Source of the DNA: Candidatus Planktophila sp.
GTDB lineage: Bacteria > Actinomycetota > Actinomycetes > Nanopelagicales > Nanopelagicaceae
Assembly (NCBI GenBank): GCA_003569185.1
Contig: BGOJ01000001.1
Span: forward strand, 64,557-128,556
Reading direction: 5' to 3'
Length of the DNA: 64,000 bases
The notes beneath the pieces were generated by a model. The model saw only the letters and a list, made by a program, of their open reading frames with translations, was not told the DNA's origin and searched no databases. The translations under genes and the position numbers were made by a program. This document shows positions 61,600-64,000 of the stretch, piece by piece (the stretch's first letter is position 1; each line of letters starts with the position of its first letter).

Positions 61600-62984
61600 C
61601 TACAAAGCCTTTAACGCGCTAACTACTTTTGTAAGCGAATCTTTTGCATCTCCGAAAAGTAATGTAGTTTTTGGTTCATATAACAATTCATTCTCAATGC
61701 CTGCAAAACCAGGACGCATAGATCTCTTGAGGAAAATCACATTTCCAGCTAACGCCACATCCAATATAGGCATGCCATAGATAGGACAGCCCGGGGTGGT
61801 TTTAGCAGCAGGGTTAACCACATCATTTGCACCAACCACCAAGACAACATCTGTTTGTGGAAATGTTGGATTAATCTCTTCCATTTCAACTAATTGTTCA
61901 TACGGAACATTTGCTTCAGCAAGTAACACATTCATATGTCCTGGCATTCGCCCAGCTACTGGATGAATTCCGTAGGCAACTTCGACACCTTTTGCAGCTA
62001 GCAAATCAGCCAACTCTCGAACTGTGTGCTGAGCTTGTGCAACAGCTAATCCAAAACCAGGCACGATGACAACTCGTTGTGCGTAGTTGAGCAAGATTGC
62101 AACATCATCAGCAGATCCTGATTTAACTGGGCGAGTATCAGCTGGACCAGTGGCAGCGCTAGCTTTTGCAGTGAAAGCGCCAAATAAAGTTCCAAATAAA
62201 GATCTGCCCATGGCATCTGCCATCAAGCGGGTCAGAATGGTTCCAGATGCACCAACCAATGTTCCGGCCACGATTAACAAAGTAGTTTCAAGTACATAAC
62301 CAGATGCTGCAACAGTTAATCCGGTAAAGGCATTTAGAAGTGAAATAACAATAGGTACATCTGCGCCACCGACTGGCAGCACAAACAAGATTCCAAATAA
62401 TAAAGAAAGTAAGCCATTAATTAGAAGTGGAGTAGTGCCACCACTTGAAATTACCCAACCACCACTAGCTAATACGCCAATTAAGGTTAAAGCAATAATC
62501 TGGCGACCAAATGGGAAAATTACCGGTCTAGTTGTCATTAACTCTTGTAATTTAAGGAAGGTAATGATCGAACCTGAAAATGATACGCAGCCAACAATTA
62601 CGGTGAAAACTGTTGCGACTACGACAGGAGTTGTGGCATCACTGCCAAGCTTTAAATACTCAACAATTGCAACTAGTGCTGCGGCGCCACCACCAACACC
62701 ATTAAATAGTGCAACAAGTTGTGGCATTTGAGTCATTTGAACCTTACGAGCCGCTGGTACTCCAACTATCACACCAAATGCAATTGCTGCCAGGATCAAA
62801 TTTTGATTGTGTAATGCTTTTCCATCATTTGCATAAAAGAAAACAATGACGGTTGCAACAGTTGCACCCAGCGCACCAATTAAGTTACCTCTGCGAGCTG
62901 ATTTTGGAGAGGACAAACCCTTTAGGCAAGAATGAAACATATGCCTGCGGCTAATCCAATAAGGTCATATAGGTTACGACTCAT
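61600..62984 (-). CDS. pntB: NAD(P) transhydrogenase beta subunit (1-nt frameshift at ~62925)
   Basis: MPQLVALFNG, GGADVP, HPVAGRMPGHMNVLLAE; true N-terminus MSRNLYDLIGLAAGICFILA starts at the ATGA overlap with pntA2 but hits TAA at 62922-24. Confidence 0.92.
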
Positions 62985-63307
62985 TTGTCTTCACCCTTAT
63001 CCTTTTTTGGCTTGCCTTTACCTTTAAACATCTGCAACATTCGATCAGTTACAACAAAACCACCAACCATATTTATAGTTGCCAAAATTACAGCCGCAAT
63101 TGCTAGTGATATTTCAAGGGTAGTTTTTGCATGATCTGCTACAACTATTGCACCAACCAAAATCACACCATGAATTGCATTTGCACCACTCATTAAAGGT
63201 GTGTGCAAAGTTGTTGAAACCTTTGAAACCACCTCGAAACCAACAAATACCGAAAGAATAAATATTGCAAGTAGTGCAATCTCATTGCTCATTAATTCAG
63301 ATGCCAT
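62981..63307 (-). CDS. pntA: NAD(P) transhydrogenase alpha subunit, membrane part
   Basis: LHTPLMSGANAIHG, GGFVVTDRMLQMF. Confidence 0.95.
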   Translation of the reverse strand: MASELMSNEIALLAIFILSVFVGFEVVSKVSTTLHTPLMSGANAIHGVILVGAIVVADHAKTTLEISLAIAAVILATINMVGGFVVTDRMLQMFKGKGKPKKDKGEDK

Positions 63308-64000
63308 TACTTACCCTTCTCTCGTTTAGCTCCGTTATGGGTAAGGGTCGCTGAATCAATAATCTCATCGCTAAAGTCCGGTTCGATTGTTCCTGTCGGC
63401 TTGCCATCAACTGTTTTTGTCATAAGCAAAAGTAGATTCACAACATTTCGTGAGAAGAGCATGGAAGCGTGAAATGCTAATTGGCTTGGAACATCTTTGC
63501 CACCCCAGATTTTAACTCCGCCGCTTGTTGTAACAATTTCACCAGCAACAGATCCTTCAACATTTCCGCCAGTTTCAGATGCTAAATCAACAACTACTGA
63601 GCCAGGCATCATTTGTGAAACCATCTGCGCAGTTACCAATCTTGGCGCTGTGCGTCCTGGAACTGCAGCGGTAGTAATTAGTACATCAGCTGATGCAATA
63701 TATGGCGTAAGCAATTCGCGTTGTTTATTTGCTCGCTCTTCAGTCATCTCTCTTGCGTAACCACCGGCACCTTCAAGTGCTTCAAGTTCTAGGTTAATAA
63801 ATTTAGCGCCCATTGATTTAACTTCATCAGCAGATGCTGGTCGAACATCATAGGCAGAGACCACAGCGCCCAATCTTTTTGCAGTTGCAATTGCTTGTAA
63901 GCCAGCAACACCAGCACCTAGTACAACAACTTTTGCCGGAGTTACTGTGCCAGCTGCAGTCATAAGAAGTGGGAAAAATTTAGGGGATAGCTCAGCAGCA
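63307..64000 (-). CDS. pntA: NAD(P) transhydrogenase alpha subunit, NAD-binding part (5' end outside window)
   Basis: MTAAGT, GAGVAGLQAIA, GGYA, DLASETGGN. Confidence 0.95.
   Translation of the reverse strand, partial: AAELSPKFFPLLMTAAGTVTPAKVVVLGAGVAGLQAIATAKRLGAVVSAYDVRPASADEVKSMGAKFINLELEALEGAGGYAREMTEERANKQRELLTPYIASADVLITTAAVPGRTAPRLVTAQMVSQMMPGSVVVDLASETGGNVEGSVAGEIVTTSGGVKIWGGKDVPSQLAFHASMLFSRNVVNLLLLMTKTVDGKPTGTIEPDFSDEIIDSATLTHNGAKREKGK

Overview
Gene-dense, AT-rich chromosomal segment of a streamlined actinobacterium. Gene content, synteny and base composition point to a freshwater acI (Ca. Nanopelagicales)-like organism; this assignment is an inference. It is mostly core genome: mfd-mazG-eno-ftsB-DUF501-ppx-tRNA-Leu, efflux transporters, greA, phoH2, class I fumarase, ispH, rmuC, ychF, typA, adnAB-nudC-uvrD2-whiB7, UPF0182-tRNA-fMet, Cu-ATPase, rsgA, aroA, sigR/rsrA, sodN/sodX, kgd, a minimal tadABC, argG, an FMN riboswitch with its riboflavin transporter, pirin and pntAB. 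I saw no IS, prophage or CRISPR. The most interesting signals are non-coding. (1) An unannotated ~75-nt rod-shaped sRNA candidate has its own sigma70 promoter and U-tail (37335-37413) and lies beside a DnaA-box-like cluster. (2) The leader of a lytic transglycosylase has mutually exclusive pairings that could sequester the RBS. (3) whiB7 carries a uORF/attenuator leader. (4) Four exact GGAAT-N18-GTT SigR-type promoters outline a mini-regulon, and sigR shows a two-isoform arrangement. (5) A degenerate GGDEF protein with an intact RxxD site precedes tadABC. There are also two single-base frameshifts (mfd, pntB), an ATA-initiated MFS gene, two small unannotated membrane ORFs and widespread leaderless genes.
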